Of a stretch of DNA of 64,000 nucleotides, positions 25,801-40,800 are shown piece after piece. This stretch comes from Malacoraja senta (Eukaryota). Where the stretch lies: the NCBI GenBank assembly GCA_038087875.1, contig CM075999.1:498001-562000 (forward strand), given 5' to 3'. Both the position numbers and the translations under genes were made by a program. The notes below the pieces were generated by a model. It was given only the letters and a program-made list of their open reading frames with translations, was not told the DNA's origin and made no database searches. Each line of letters starts with the position of its first letter. Within the stretch, counting starts at the first letter, position 1.

Positions 25801-28800
25801 CATTTCAGCTGTTCTCTTGCTAACACTGCAAACAACTTTGCACCAAATTCATTTCCACTTATTACAAATGTCTTTTGCGTTTTTTCCAGTGAGGTAATGG
25901 TTAACAACACCAGAGTGACAGCTAATTGTTTATTCGAAATCCTGTCAACCATGGAACCCATCAGCCGAGAAGATGTTTATGATGTATTTAAAGAGAAGAC
26001 CATTAACATTTCCTCACTGGGTCCATACGCACTGCAACGCTACAGCCTCTATGTAGACGGTACTTATCAAAATATTCCTCAGTGTTTCTCTACATAATGT
26101 TATTCATGCGACCTATTGTAGGTGTTGACCTGGAGTCAAGTTGGTTGGTAATTACATATTCAGATCCGGTACGACCAGGTATGATATCCGATGGGGTGTG
26201 GGAAAGCAAATCTTAAAGTTATTCATTAAAGTTAATATTACGGTTGAAGAAGTGCTGAAGGTACTATCGTGTATGATGGCAGTCAAATCTCCTGGGCCTG
26301 ATCAGATATATCCGTGATTCAAAAAGGGCTGCAGAGCAAATGCAGGGACTATAGGCCAGTGAGCTTAACATCTGTAGTTGGAAAGCTACTGGAGAATATT
26401 CTGAGGGATACAATATACATGTATTTAGTTGGGCAAAGGCTGATTAGGGAAAGTCATCATGGCTTTGTTTGTGGGAGGATGTGCCCGATGAATCCGATTG
26501 AGATTTTGAAGATGTGACCAAAAGGGTTGATGAGGGCACAGTTATAGATGTGTATAAATAGACTTCAGCAAAGCATTCTACAAGGTTCTACATGGTAGGC
26601 TGCTCTGGAAAGTCAGATCGCACAGGATCCAAGGAGAGGTAGCTGAATGGATAGAAAATTGGCTTCATGGAAGGAACCAAAGGGTGATGGTGGAAGGTTG
26701 CTTCTCAGAATGGAGGCCTGTGACCAGTGGAGTGCCTCAGGGTTCGCTGCTGGGCCTGTTACTGTTTGTCATCCATATCAATGATTTGGATGAGAACATA
26801 CATGGCAAGATTAGCAAGTTTGCAGATGATGCAAAAGTGGTTGGTATTGCAGATAGTGAAAATGTTTGTGCTAAATTGCAGCAGGATCCTGATCAGTTGG
26901 CCAAGTGGGCTGAAGAATGGTTGATGGAACCAAGGTGTGAGGTGTTACATTTTGGAAAGTCAAAAATGGGCATGACCTACACAGTGAATGGTAGTGCCCT
27001 GGGGAGTGTTATAGACCAGGTGGACCTAAGAGTGCAGGTACATAATTCCTTGAAGGTGGAGCCACAGGTAGATAGGGTGGTCAAAAAGGCTTTTGGCACG
27101 TTGGCCTTCATCAGAGTAGTGAGTATAGAAGTTGGGAGGTCATGTTGCAGTTATATAAGATAACATTTAGAGTATTGTGTTCACCATGTTATAGGAAATA
27201 AGTTGTCAAGCTGGAATAGGTACAGAGTAGACTTACAAGGATGTTGCCAGGACTCTGAGCTGTAGGGAGAGGTTGAGGAGGCTGGGACTCTATTACTTGG
27301 AGCACAAGAGGATGAGGGGTGATCTTATAGAGGTGTATAAAATCATGAGAGGAATAGATCGGTTAGATGTACAGAGATGCTCTTGCGCAGAGTAGGGGAA
27401 TCGAGGACCAGAGGACATGGGTTTAAGGTGAAAATGTTTAATAGGAATCTGCGGGGTCAAATTTTCACACAAAGGGTGAAGTGTGTATGGAATGAGATGC
27501 CAGAAGAGGTTGTTGAAGCAGGGACTATCGCAACGTTTAAAACAAAGTTAGACAAGTACATGGATAGGACTGGTTTCGAGGGATATGGATAAAACGCAGG
27601 CAGGTGGGACTATTTTAGTTAGGACGTTGGCTAGTGTGGACAAATTGTGTTGAAGGGCCTGTATCCACGCAGTATGACTATGATTCTAAGGCATCCTCAC
27701 TTACAGGAGGGGTGAAATAGGTGTGAATCCAGGTGGGGCACAGAAGGGGGTGGGGGGGGGAGCGGGGTGGGGGGCTTTGTTAGAGGTTACTTTAAATTGG
27801 AAAATTCAAAGTTCATCCTGTTGGTTGTAACCTACCTATGTTTCTTTCTTTGCTTCCAGGTTACACTGTGCAGCCCATCGTCACGGGTGAGTTTGGGTTT
27901 CCATTTAATTGTTTCAGGAATCTTTGGTTATTCACTGCATTTATGACACTTCCACCACCCATATTCCACTAGATTATCAGTTGAAACTCGGGAAATTATG
28001 CCTTGTCCTTTGTTCACAAATACAATCTTGATTGAGAAATGAATGAATTGAAAACTTTCCTTGCTGATGGCAAGGTTTATGTTTCTTAACAAAGCAAAAG
28101 CTGCTTTGGTACCTACTTTTCAGCCTTAAGCTAGGAACAACTCACAAATATTCTCATCTACATCTTGTGCAGAATTTCACTCAAATGTATCAAACAATTG
28201 CCTCAGATCACAATTATTCTACTCGATCTGTTGCTTAAAGAGCCTGTCCCACTATACGAGGTAATTCAAGATAATTTTCCCGAGTTTTCCCCTGATTCGA
28301 TCTCGGAGAATGTCCGTAGCGGGTCCGTTGGAGTTTGTGGATGTCTCGTAGTGGCTCGTACGAGTAAAAAGTAATTTTTTTTATCATCACGAGTATTTTT
28401 TTACTCGTGGACATTTTTCACAGTGTTGAAAAAACGTCACGGGTTTACTGGATTTCCCGAGTACCTACCGCTACTCGTACGAGCCGCTACGAGTCATCCA
28501 CGAGCTCCTACGGACCCACTACGGACATTCTCAGAGTTCGAATCAGGGGAAAACTCGAGAGAACTCTTGAATTATCTCGTACAGTGGGACAGGCCCTTAA
28601 GCTGTGTAGAAAACCATAACTGGGAAACTGTTCTTAAACTATTTTAAAATCAGCGTGCTAAATTGCTTACTATATTTCCACAGTTCCAGTTCCAATCGAC
28701 TTAACAAATGACATTAATTACAACGTGACGTTCATTGTTGTTAGTCTGCCAATTAAAGAAATTCAAAGAAACTCTTCAGAAACAGCAACCCTCATTGCAG

Positions 28801-31800
28801 CTGAGGTGAGAACATTATACAAGGTCGTTTTCTGCTGATATATTACTTCATTGTTCCCTCTTTTTTCTCATTCTAACACAATTTTTCTTACTGTCCTCAG
28901 ATCATAGACCTGTTCGAAAACAGCCGTATCAATGCAACATTCTTAACATGTGTTGTCGAATCATTGAGGTAACTCACAGTCACTTTCTTATCAATTATCA
29001 ATATTGCATTCCTTTAATTTCCAATTGTTCTCGCACAGTTTTTCCAATTTGCAAACACGATAATCTCATAAACACATTTCCTGCAAATATCATTGTGGAG
29101 TCAATATTCATTCTTATATATTCATAGGTGCATGTCCAGGTGGGGCACAGGAGAGGGATGTGGGGTGGTGGTGGTTTGTTGGAGCTTACTTCAAATTGGA
29201 AAATTCAAGACACAATGTTGTGCAGTACCTCAGTGGGTCATGCAGCAAACCTGGATATTATGGCTAGGTAATGTTTTGGGTCGGGCCCTTCTTCAGACCA
29301 ACAGCAGTTGGTGTGAGAAAGTTGGAAGAGAGAGGGGAAGAGGATGTCAAAATATGGCAAGTGATAGGAGTATACAGATGAGGGGGGTTTAGATTGGCAA
29401 ATGGTTGGTCAAATTCCACTGAAGAAGACAACTAGTTTCGTATAGGGAGAAACCTTAAAGAGGCATTAAATATAAAACCAGAGGAAGGAAAACTGGTGGA
29501 ATAGCAGAATGGGGGGTTGGGGCCATTGAGAAATGGGTCCACACCCAGGTGTAGCACAGGGAAGGTTGGGGAGAAAGGGAAGGTGGCATTTGTAGGTTAG
29601 TTACGTAAAATTGGAGGATTAATTGTTCATACTGTTCGGCTCTAAGCTACTCTTCAGAATTTGAGGTGCTGTTCCTCTAGTTTTAATGTGGCCTCACTCT
29701 GGCAATGGATGAGGCCCAGGATAGACCGGTCGGTAAGGGAATGGGAAGGGGAGATAATATGTTATAAAACTGGGAGATCCAGTAGGCCTTGGTCGACACT
29801 GCATGTGTTCAGCTAAATGGTCACCTATACTATGCTTGATCTTCCCAACGTAAAGGAGACCACATCAGGAGCACCAAATGCAGTAGATGAGGTTCAAGAC
29901 TGGTGGGATGAAAGCTGAGGATGAGGGGAACTCTATCCTTGTTCCGTCTGGGTGAGGCTGATGCGAGAGCAGAATTAGATGAGACGTGAGTGAGGGATCC
30001 ATCTATGACAACCAGTGGTAATCCATGTTTACTCAAGAAAGGGCATATCTCAGATGCCCTAGAATGGGAAGCCCATTCCCATGGGAGTGGGAGCAGATGC
30101 GGTGGAGACGGACAAATTGAGAGTCGGCTTTCCGTGACCATTGCTTCTACCCTTATAATCAGCCACAGCAATGTTTAGCTGTGCTCTTGCTAAGACTGCA
30201 AACAACTTTGCACTAAATTCTTTTACACTTATCACAAATGTCTTTTGCTTTTTCGCAGAGAGGTAATGGTTAACAACACCAGAGTGACAGCTAAATGTTC
30301 ATTCCAAAACGTGTCCACCATGGAACCCATCAACCGAGAAGAGGTTTATGCTGTATTTAGCGACAAGACCAATAACATTTCCTCACTGGGGCAATGCTTA
30401 CTGCAAAACTACAGCCTCTATGTAAACGGTACTTATCAAAATATTCCCCGATGTTTCTCTTCATATTGTACTTGTGCAATCTACAGTAACTATTGATTTA
30501 TAGTCAAGTTCTTTGGTATTTACATATTTAGATCAGGGACAGCCAGGTATGATATCCTATGTGATCAGAGAAAGCAAACCTTAAAATCATTCACAGTCTT
30601 GCTCTTTGGAGCCTGCCTTTGCACAAACACACTGCCTCACTGGTATGACCCACTCATAAGAGTGTTTTCTTCCTGATAAATGTTCAAGGAGAGGGGAAAA
30701 AACTCCTCCATTAAAAGGTTACATGCTTTTTTAGTAGACACAAAGTGCTATAGTAACTCAGCGGGTCAGGCAGCATCACTGGAGAACATGAATGGGTGAC
30801 ATTTCAGCAAGAGATCTTTCTTCAGACTGATTGTGGGGCGGTGGCGGGAGAAGAAAGCTTGAAGAGAAGGGAGGCAGTACAAAGCACGTCAGTTAATAGG
30901 TGAACATGTGAGGTAGAGTTTAGAGACGCAGAAGGTTGGACAAAGGGTAGAGATGAAAAAACATACGTTTTGAGGGAAAAGGATTGAAGAGTTGCAAATT
31001 TGATGCCTGGGGCAGGAATTTAGTTGGAGGGCATGGAGGAGGAGTTTAATTTGTGCGCGCCCATGTGGGACACAGCGTTGTTGTGGTTGGTGGGATTTTA
31101 ACGATGGCCTAAACTTGACAAATTTAAAGATCATGCCATTGGATTGGAATCTACCTCTGTTTCCTTGTTTGTTTTCAGATTTCAATGCACACCCCAATGA
31201 CAATGGTGAGTTTTTTTATCAAATGCATCAAACAATTGGCTCACGTTACATTTGTTCTTCTCCATCTGCTGCTTCAACTCTGTAGAAATCCAGTAATGGG
31301 AAACAGTTTTTAAACTATTTTAAAATCGTGGTACTTTCAACATGCTAAATTGCTTACTCTATTTCCACAGTTCCAGTTCCAATCGAGGTAACATATCCCA
31401 TTGAATACAACGTGACTTTCATTGTTGACCGTCTGTCTATTGAAAAAATTCAAGCAAACAATTCAGATGCAGCAACCATGATTGCAGCTGAGGTGAGAGA
31501 TTTGTACAAGATAATTCCCTGCTGATATATTACTTCAACTTTCCATTTTCATCTCTCATTCTGACACAATTTTTCTTAATGCCCTCAGCTCACAGACCTG
31601 TTGAAAAACAGCAGTATCAATGCGACATTCTTAAATTGTGTTGTGGAATCATTCAGGTAACTACAGTAATTTTCCTATTACGCTATGCAAATTACATTCC
31701 TTTGTCTCGACCCGAAACGTTGCCTATTCCTTCTCTCCATAGATGCTGCCTCACCCGCTGAGTTCCTCCAGCATTTTTGTCTACCTTCCTTTAACTTCCA

Positions 31801-34800
31801 ATTGTTCATGCTCTGCTTCCAACTTGCAAACCAAAAAGTTTCATAAGCAAATTTCCCACAAATTTCATTGCAGAGTTAATATAAATTCTATCAGAATACC
31901 CCCCATATTATACTGGAGTATCTCAACGGGACAGACAGCAAATGACTAGACAAACTTTTGGATCGGGCCCTTTTCAGACTGATTGCAGTAGGGGTGAGAA
32001 ACCTGGACGAGGTGTGGTGAAAGCTTTGGACGATGTGAACTCTGTCCTTGTTCAGTCTGGGTGAGGGTGATGTGAGAGCAGATCTAGAAGGTGACGATGG
32101 GGCAAGGCTAATTCACATTTATCAAGAAAGTGCACATCTCTGATGCCCTAAAATGGGATGCCTCATTGTGGGAGCAGATGTGGCGGAGACAGACAAATTG
32201 AGAGTCGGATTTCTCTGACCATTGCTTCTCCTCTTGTAATCAGCCACGGAAACATTTCAGCTGTTCTCTTGCTAACACTGCAAACAACTTTGCACCAAAT
32301 TCATTTCCACTTATTACAAATGTCTTTTGCGTTTTTTCCAGAGAGGTAATGGTTAACAACACCAGAGTGACAGCTAATTGTTTATTCGAAATCCTGTCAA
32401 CCATGGAACCCATCAGCCGAGAAGATGTTTATGATGTATTTAAAGAGAAGACCATTAACATTTCCTCACTGGGTCCATACGCACTGCAAAGCTACAGCCT
32501 CTATGTAGACGGTACATATCAAAATATTCCATGGTGTTTCTCTTCATATTGTATTTGTGCAATCTACGGTAACTATTGACTTATAGTCAAGTTCTTTGGT
32601 ATTTACATTTAGATCAGTGACAACCTGGTATGATATCCTATGTCATCAGAGAAAGCAAACCTGGAGCACAAGAGGACGAGGGGTGATCTTATAGAGGTGT
32701 ATAAAATCATGAGAGGAATAGATCGGTTAGATGTACAGAGATGCTCTTGCGCAGAGTAGGGGAATCGAGGACCAGAGGACATGGGTTTAAGGTGAAAAAG
32801 TTTAATAGGAATCTGCGGGGTCAAATTTTCACACAAAGGGTGGAGTGTGTATGGAACGAGATGCCAGAAGAGGTTGTTGAAGCAGGGACAACAAGTACAT
32901 TGATAGGACTGGTTTTGAGGGATATGGATAAAACGCAGGCAGGTGGGACTATTTTAGTTAGGACGTTGGCTAGTGTGGACAAATTGCGCTGAAGGGCCTG
33001 TATCCACGCAGTATGACTCTATGATTCTAAGGCATCCTCACTTACAGGAGGGGTGAAATAGGTGTGAATCCAGGTGGGGCACAGAAGGGGGGTGGTGGGG
33101 GAGGGGTGGGGGGCTTTGTTAGAGGTTACTTTAAATTGGAAAATTCAAAGTTCTTCCTGTTGGTTGTAACCTACCTATGTTTCTTTCTTTGCTTCCAGGT
33201 TACACTGTGCAGCCCATCGTCACGGGTGAGTTTGGGTTTCCATTTAATTGTTTCAGGAATCTTTGGTTATTCACTGCATTTATGACACTTCCACCACCCA
33301 TATTCTACTAGATTATCAGTTGAAACTCGGGAAATTATGCCTTGTCCTTTGTTCACAAATACAATCTTGATTGAGAAATGAATGAATTGAAAACTTTCCT
33401 TGCTGATGGCAAGGTTTATGTTTCTTAACAAAGCAAAAGCTGCTTTGGTACCTACTTTTCAGCCTTAAGCTAGGAACAACTCACAAATATTCTCATCTAC
33501 ATCTTGTGCAGAATTTCACTCAAATGTATCAAACAATTGCCTCAGATCACAATTATTCTACTCGATCTGTTGCTTAAAGAGCCTGTCCCACTGTACGAGG
33601 TAATTCAAGATAATTTTCCCGAGTTTTCCCCTGATTCGAACTCGGAGAATGTCCGTAGCGGGTCCGTTGGAGTTTGTGGATGTCTCGTAATGGCTCGTAC
33701 GAGTAAAAAGTAAATTTTTTTATCATCACGAGTATTTTTTTACTTGTGGACATTTTTCACAGTGTTGAAAAAACGTCACGGGTTTACTGGATTTCCCGAG
33801 TACCTACCGCTACTCGTACGAGCCGCTACGAGTCATCCACGAGCTCCTACGGACCCACTACGGACATTCTCAGAGTTCAAATCAGGGGAAAACTCGAGAG
33901 AACTCTTGAATTATCTCGTACAGTGGGACAGGCCCTTAAGCTGTGTAGAAAACCATAACTGGGAAACTGTTCTTAAACTATTTTAAAATCAGCGTGCTAA
34001 ATTGCTTACTATATTTCCACAGTTCCAGTTCCAATCGACTTAACAAATGACATTAATTACAACGTGACGTTCATTGTTGTTAGTCTGCCAATTGAAGAAA
34101 TTCAAAGAAACTCTTCAGAAACAGCAACCCTCATTGCAGCTGAGGTGAGAACATTATACAAGGTCGTTTTCTGCTGATTTATTACTTCATTGTTCCCTCT
34201 TTTTTCTCATTCTAACACAATTTTTCTTACTGTCCTCAGATCATAGACCTGTTCGAAAACAGCCGTATCAATGCAACATTCTTAACATGTGTTGTCGAAT
34301 CATTGAGGTAACTCACAGTCACTTTCCTATCAATTATCAATATTGCATTCCTTTAATTTCCAATTGTTCTCGCACAGTTTTTCCAATTTGCAAACACGAT
34401 AATCTCATAAACACATTTCCTGCAAATATCATTGTGGAGTCAATATTCATTCTTATATATTCATAGGTGCATGTCCAGGTGGGGCACAGGAGAGGGATGT
34501 GGGGTGGTGGTGGTTTGTTGGAGCTTACTTCAAATTGGAAAATTCAAGACACAATGTTGTGCAGTACCTCAGTGGGTCATGCAGCAAACCTGGATATTAT
34601 GGCTAGGTAATGTTTTGGGTCGGGCCCTTCTTCAGACCAACAGCAGTTGGTGTGAGAAAGTTGGAAGAGAGAGGGGAGGAGGATGTCAAAATATGGCAAG
34701 TGATAGGAGTATACAGATGAGGGGGGTTTAGATTGGCAAATGGTTGGTCAAATTCCACTGAAGAAGACAACTAGTTTCGTATAGGGAGAAACCTTAAAGA

Positions 34801-37800
34801 GGCATTAAATATAAAACCAGAGGAAGGAAAACTGGTGGAATAGCAGAATGGGGGGTTGGGACCATTGAGAAATGGGTCCACACCCAGGTGTAGCACAGGG
34901 AAGGTTGGGGAGAAAGGGAAGGTGGCATTTGTAGGTTAGTTACGTAAAATTGGAGGATTAATTGTTCATACTGTTCGGCTCTAAGCTACTCTTCAGAATT
35001 TGAGGTGCTGTTCCTCTAGTTTTAATGTGGCCTCACTCTGGCAATGGATGAGGCCCAGGATAGACCGGTCGGTAAGGGAATGGGAAGGGGAGATAATATG
35101 TTATAAAACTGGGAGATCCAGTAGGCCTTGGTCGACACTGCATGTGTTCAGCTAAATGGTCACCTATACTATGCTTGATCTTCCCAACGTAAAGGAGACC
35201 ACATCAGGAGCACCAAATGCAGTAGATGAGGTTCAAGACTGGTGGGATGAAAGCTGAGGATGAGGGGAACTCTATCCTTGTTCCGTCTGGGTGAGGCTGA
35301 TGCGAGAGCAGAATTAGATGAGACGTGAGTGAGGGATCCATCTATGACAACCAGTGGTAATCCATGTTTACTCAAGAAAGGGCATATCTCAGATGCCCTA
35401 GAATGGGAAGCCCATTCCCATGGGAGTGGGAGCAGATGCGGCGGAGACGGACAAATTGAGAGTCGGCTTTCCGTGACCATTGCTTCTACCCTTATAATCA
35501 GCCACAGCAATGTTTAGCTGTGCTCTTGCTAAGACTGCAAACAACTTTGCACTAAATTCTTTTACACTTATCACAAATGTCTTTTGCTTTTTCGCAGAGA
35601 GGTAATGGTTAACAACACCAAAGTGACAGCTAAATGTTCATTCCAAAACGTGTCCACCATGGAACCCATCAACCGAGAAGAGGTTTATGCTGTATTTAGC
35701 GACAAGACCAATAACATTTCCTCACTGGGGCAATGCTTACTGCAAAACTACAGCCTCTATGTAAACGGTACTTATCAAAATATTCCCCGATGTTTCTCTT
35801 CATATTGTACTTGTGCAATCTACAGTAACTATTGATTTATAGTCAAGTTCTTTGGTATTTACATATTTAGATCAGGGACAGCCAGGTATGATATCCTATG
35901 TGATCAGAGAAAGCAAACCTTAAAATCATTCACAGTCTTGCTCTTTGGAGCCTGCCTTTGCACAAACACACTGCCTCACTGGTATGACCCACTCATAAGA
36001 GTGTTTTCTTCCTGATAAATGTTCAAGGAGAGGGGAAAAAACTCCTCCATTAAAAGGTTACATGCTTTTTTAGTAGACACAAAGTGCTATAGTAACTCAG
36101 CGGGTCAGGCAGCATCACTGGAGAACGTGAATGGGTGACATTTCAGCAAGAGATCTTTCTTCAGACTGATTGTGGGGCGGTGGCGGGAGAAGAAAGCTGG
36201 AAGAGAAGGGAGGCAGTACAAAGCACGTCAGTTAATAGGTGAACATGTGAGGTAGAGTTTAGAGACGCAGAAGGTTGGACAAAGGGTAGAGATGAAAAAA
36301 CATACGTTTTGAGGGAAAAGGATTGAAGAGTTGCAAATTTGATGCCTGGGGCAGGAATTTAGTTGGAGGGCATGGAGGAGGAGTTTAATTTGTGCGAGCC
36401 CAGGTGGGACACAGTGTTGTTGTGGTTGGTGGGATTTTAACGATGGCCTAAACTTGACAAATTTAAAGATCATGCCATTGGATTGGAATCTACCTCTGTT
36501 TCCTTGTTTGTTTTCAGATTTCAATGCACACCCCAATGACAATGGTGAGTTTTTTTATCAAATGCATCAAACAATTGGCTCACGTTACATTTGTTCTTCT
36601 CCATCTGCTGCTTCAACTCTGTAGAAATCCAGTAATGGGAAACAGTTTTTAAACTATTTTAAAATCGTGGTACTTTCAACATGCTAAATTGCTTACTCTA
36701 TTTCCACAGTTCCAGTTCCAATCGAGGTAACATATCCCATTGAATACAACGTGACTTTCATTGTTGACCGTCTGTCTATTGAAAAAATTCAAGCAAACAA
36801 TTCAGATGCAGCAACCATGATTGCAGCTGAGGTGAGAGATTTGTACAAGATAATTCCCTGCTGATATATTACTTCAACTTTCCATTTTCATCTCTCATTC
36901 TGACACAATTTTTCTTAATGCCCTCAGCTCACAGACCTGTTGAAAAACAGCAGTATCAATGCGACATTCTTAAATTGTGTTGTGGAATCATTCAGGTAAC
37001 TACAGTAATTTTCCTATTACGCTACGCAAATTACATTCCTTTGTCTCGACCCGAAACGTTGCCTATTCCTTCTCTCCATAGATGCTGCCTCACCCGCTGA
37101 GTTCCTCCAGCATTTTTGTCTAGCTTCCTTTAACTTCCAATTGTTCATGCTCTGCTTCCAACTTGCAAACCAAAAAGTTTCATAAGCAAATTTCCCACAA
37201 ATTTCATTGCAGAGTTAATATAAATTCTATCAGAATACCCCCCATATTATACTGGAGTATCTCAACGGGACAGACAGCAAATGACTAGACAAAGTTTTGG
37301 ATCGGGCCCTTTTCAGACTGATTGCAGTAGGGGTGAGAAACCTGGACGAGGTGTGGTGAAAGCTTTGGACGATGTGAACTCTGTCCTTGTTCAGTCTGGG
37401 TGAGGGTGATGTGAGAGCAGATCTAGAAGGTGACGATGGGGCAAGGCTAATTCACATTTATCAAGAAAGTGCACATCTCTGATGCCCTAAAATGGGATGC
37501 CTCATTGTGGGAGCAGATGTGGCGGAGACAGACAAATTGAGAGTCGGATTTCTCTGACCATTGCTTCTCCTCTTGTAATCAGCCACGGAAACATTTCAGC
37601 TGTTCTCTTGCTAACACTGCAAACAACTTTGCACCAAATTCATTTCCACTTATTACAAATGTCTTTTGCGTTTTTTCCAGAGAGGTAATGGTTAACAACA
37701 CCAGAGTGACAGCTAATTGTTTATTCGAAATCCTGTCAACCATGGAACCCATCAGCCGAGAAGATGTTTATGATGTATTTAAAGAGAAGACCATTAACAT

Positions 37801-40800
37801 TTCCTCACTGGGTCCATACGCACTGCAAAGCTACAGCCTCTATGTAGACGGTACATATCAAAATATTCCATGGTGTTTCTCTTCATATTGTATTTGTGCA
37901 ATCTACGGTAACTATTGACTTATAGTCAAGTTCTTTGGTATTTACATTTAGATCAGTGACAACCAGGTATGATATCCTATGTCATCAGAGAAAGCAAACC
38001 TGGAGCACAAGAGGACGAGGGGTGATCTTATAGAGGTGTATAAAATCATGAGAGGAATAGATCGGTTAGATGTACAGAGATGCTCTTGCGCAGAGTAGGG
38101 GAATCGAGGACCAGAGGACATGGGTTTAAGGTGAAAAAGTTTAATAGGAATCTGCGGGGTCAAATTTTCACACAAAGGGTGGAGTGTGTATGGAACGAGA
38201 TGCCAGAAGAGGTTGTTGAAGCAGGGACAAGTACATTGATAGGACTGGTTTCGAGGGATATGGATAAAACGTAGGCAGGTGGGACTATTTTAGTTAGGAC
38301 GTTGGCTAGTGTGGACAAATTGCGCTGAAGGGCCTGTATCCACGCAGTATGACTATGATTCTAAGGCATCCTCACTTACAGGAGGGGTGAAATAGGTGTG
38401 AATCCAGGTGGGGCACAGAAGGGGGGTGGTGGGGGAGGGGTGGGGGGCTTTGTTAGAGGTTACTTTAAATTGGAAAATTCAAAGTTCTTCCTGTTGGTTG
38501 TAACCTACCTATGTTTCTTTCTTTGCTTCCAGGTTACACTGTGCAGCCCATCGTCACGGGTGAGTTTGGGTTTCCATTTAATTGTTTCAGGAATCTTTGG
38601 TTATTCACTGCATTCATGACACTTCCACCACCCATATTCTACTAGATTATCAGTTGAAACTCGGGAAATTATGCCTTGTCCTTTGTTCACAAATACAATC
38701 TTGATTGAGAAATGAATGAATTGAAAACTTTCCTTGCTGATGGCAAGGTTTATGTTTCTTAACAAAGCAAAAGCTGCTTTGGTACCTACTTTTCAGCCTT
38801 AAGCTAGGAACAACTCAAAAATATTCTCATCTACATCTTGTGCAGAATTTCACTCAAATGTATCAAACAATTGCCTCAGATCACAATTATTCTACTCGAC
38901 CTGTTGCTTAAAGAGCCTGTCCCACTGTACGAGGTAATTGAAGGTAATTTTCCCTAGTTTTCCCCTGATTCGAACTCGGAGAATGTCCGTAGCGGGTCCG
39001 TTGGAGTTTGTGGATGTCTCGTAGTGGCTCGTACGAGTAAAAAGTAAACATTTTTATCATCACAAGTATTTTTTTACTCATGGACATTTATCACAGTGTT
39101 GAAAAAACATCATGAGTTTACTGGATTTCCCGAGTACCTACCGCTACTCGTACAAGCCGCTACGAGTCATCCACGAGCTCCTACGGACCCACTACGGACA
39201 TTCTCAGAGTTCGAATCAGGAGAAAACTCGAGAGAACTCTTGAATTATCTCGTACAGTGGGACAGGCCCTTAAGCTGTGTAGAAAACCATAACTGGGAAA
39301 CTGTTCTTAAACTATTTTAAAATCAGCGTGCTAAATTGCTTACTATATTTCCACAGTTCCAGTTCCAATCGACTTAACAAATGACATTAATTACAACGTG
39401 ACGTTCATTGTTGTTAGTCTGCCAATTGAAGAAATTCAAAGAAACTCTTCAGAAACAGCAACCCTCATTGCAGCTGAGGTGAGAACGTTATACAAGGTCG
39501 TTTTCTGCTGATATATTACTTCATCGTTCCCTCTTTTTTTCTCATTCTAACACAATTTTTCTTACTGTCCTCAGATCATAGACCTGTTCGAAAAAAGCCG
39601 TATCAATGCAACATTCTTAACATGTGTTGTCGAATCATTCAGGTAACTCACAGTCACTTTCCTATCAATTATCAATATTGCTTCCTTTAATTTCCAATTG
39701 TTCTCGCACAGTGTTTCCAATTTGCAAACACGATAATCTCATAAACACATTTCCTGCAAATATCATTGTGGAGTCAATATTCATTCTTATATATTCATAG
39801 GTGCAAGTCCAGGTGGGGCACAGGAGAGGGATGCGGGGTGGGGTGGTTTGTTGGAGCTTACTTAAAATTGAAAAATTCAAGACACAATGTTGTGCAGTAC
39901 CTCAGTGGGTCATGCAGCAAACCTGGATATTATGGCTAGGTAATGTTTTGGGTCGGGCCCTTCTTCAGACCAACAGCAGTTGGTGTGAGAAAGTTGGAAG
40001 AGAGAGGGGAAGAGGATGTCAAAATATGGCAAGTGATAGGAGTATACAGATGAGGGGGGTTTAGATTGGCAAATGGTTGGTCAAATTCCACAGAAGAAGG
40101 CAACTAGTTTTGTATAGGGAGAAACCTTAAGAGGCATTAAATATAAAGCCAGAGGAAGGAAAACTGGTGGAATAGCAGAATGGGGGGTTGGGACCATTGA
40201 GAAATGGGCCCACACCCAGGTGTAGCACAGGGAAGGTTGGGGAGAAAGGGAAGGTGGCATTTGTAGGTTAGTTACGTTAAATTGGAGGATTCATTGTTCA
40301 TACTGTTCGGCTCTAAGCTACTCTTCGGAATTTGAGGTGCTGTTCCTCTAGTTTTAGTGTGGCCTCACTCTGGCAATGGATGAGGCCCAGGATAGACCGG
40401 TCGGTAAGGGAATGGGAAGGGGAGATAAAATGTTATAAAACTGGGAGATCCAGTAGGCCTTGGTCGATACTGCCCGTGTTCAGCTAAATGGTCACCTAGA
40501 CTATGCTTGGTCTTGCCAACGTAAAGGAGACCACATCAGGAGCACCAAATGCAGTAGATGAGGTTCAAGACTGGAGGGATGAAAGCTAAGGATGAGGGGA
40601 ACTCTATCCTTGTTCCGTCTGGGTGAGGCAGATGCGAGAGCAGAATTAGATGAGACGTGAGTGAGGGATCCATCTATGACAACCAGTGGTAATCCATGTT
40701 AACTCAAGAAAGGGCATATCTCAGATTCCCTAGAATGGGAAGCCCATTCCCATGGGAGTGGGAGCAGATGCGGCGGAGATGGACAAATTGAGAGTCGGCT

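Noticed and set aside
26684..27163. 159-aa reverse-transcriptase ORF as a functional or domesticated RT, or a diversity-generating system acting on the repeats
   Set aside because: It is a fragment of a truncated CR1 with stops, frameshifts and internal deletions. The second copy arose by tandem duplication and other units lack most of it.
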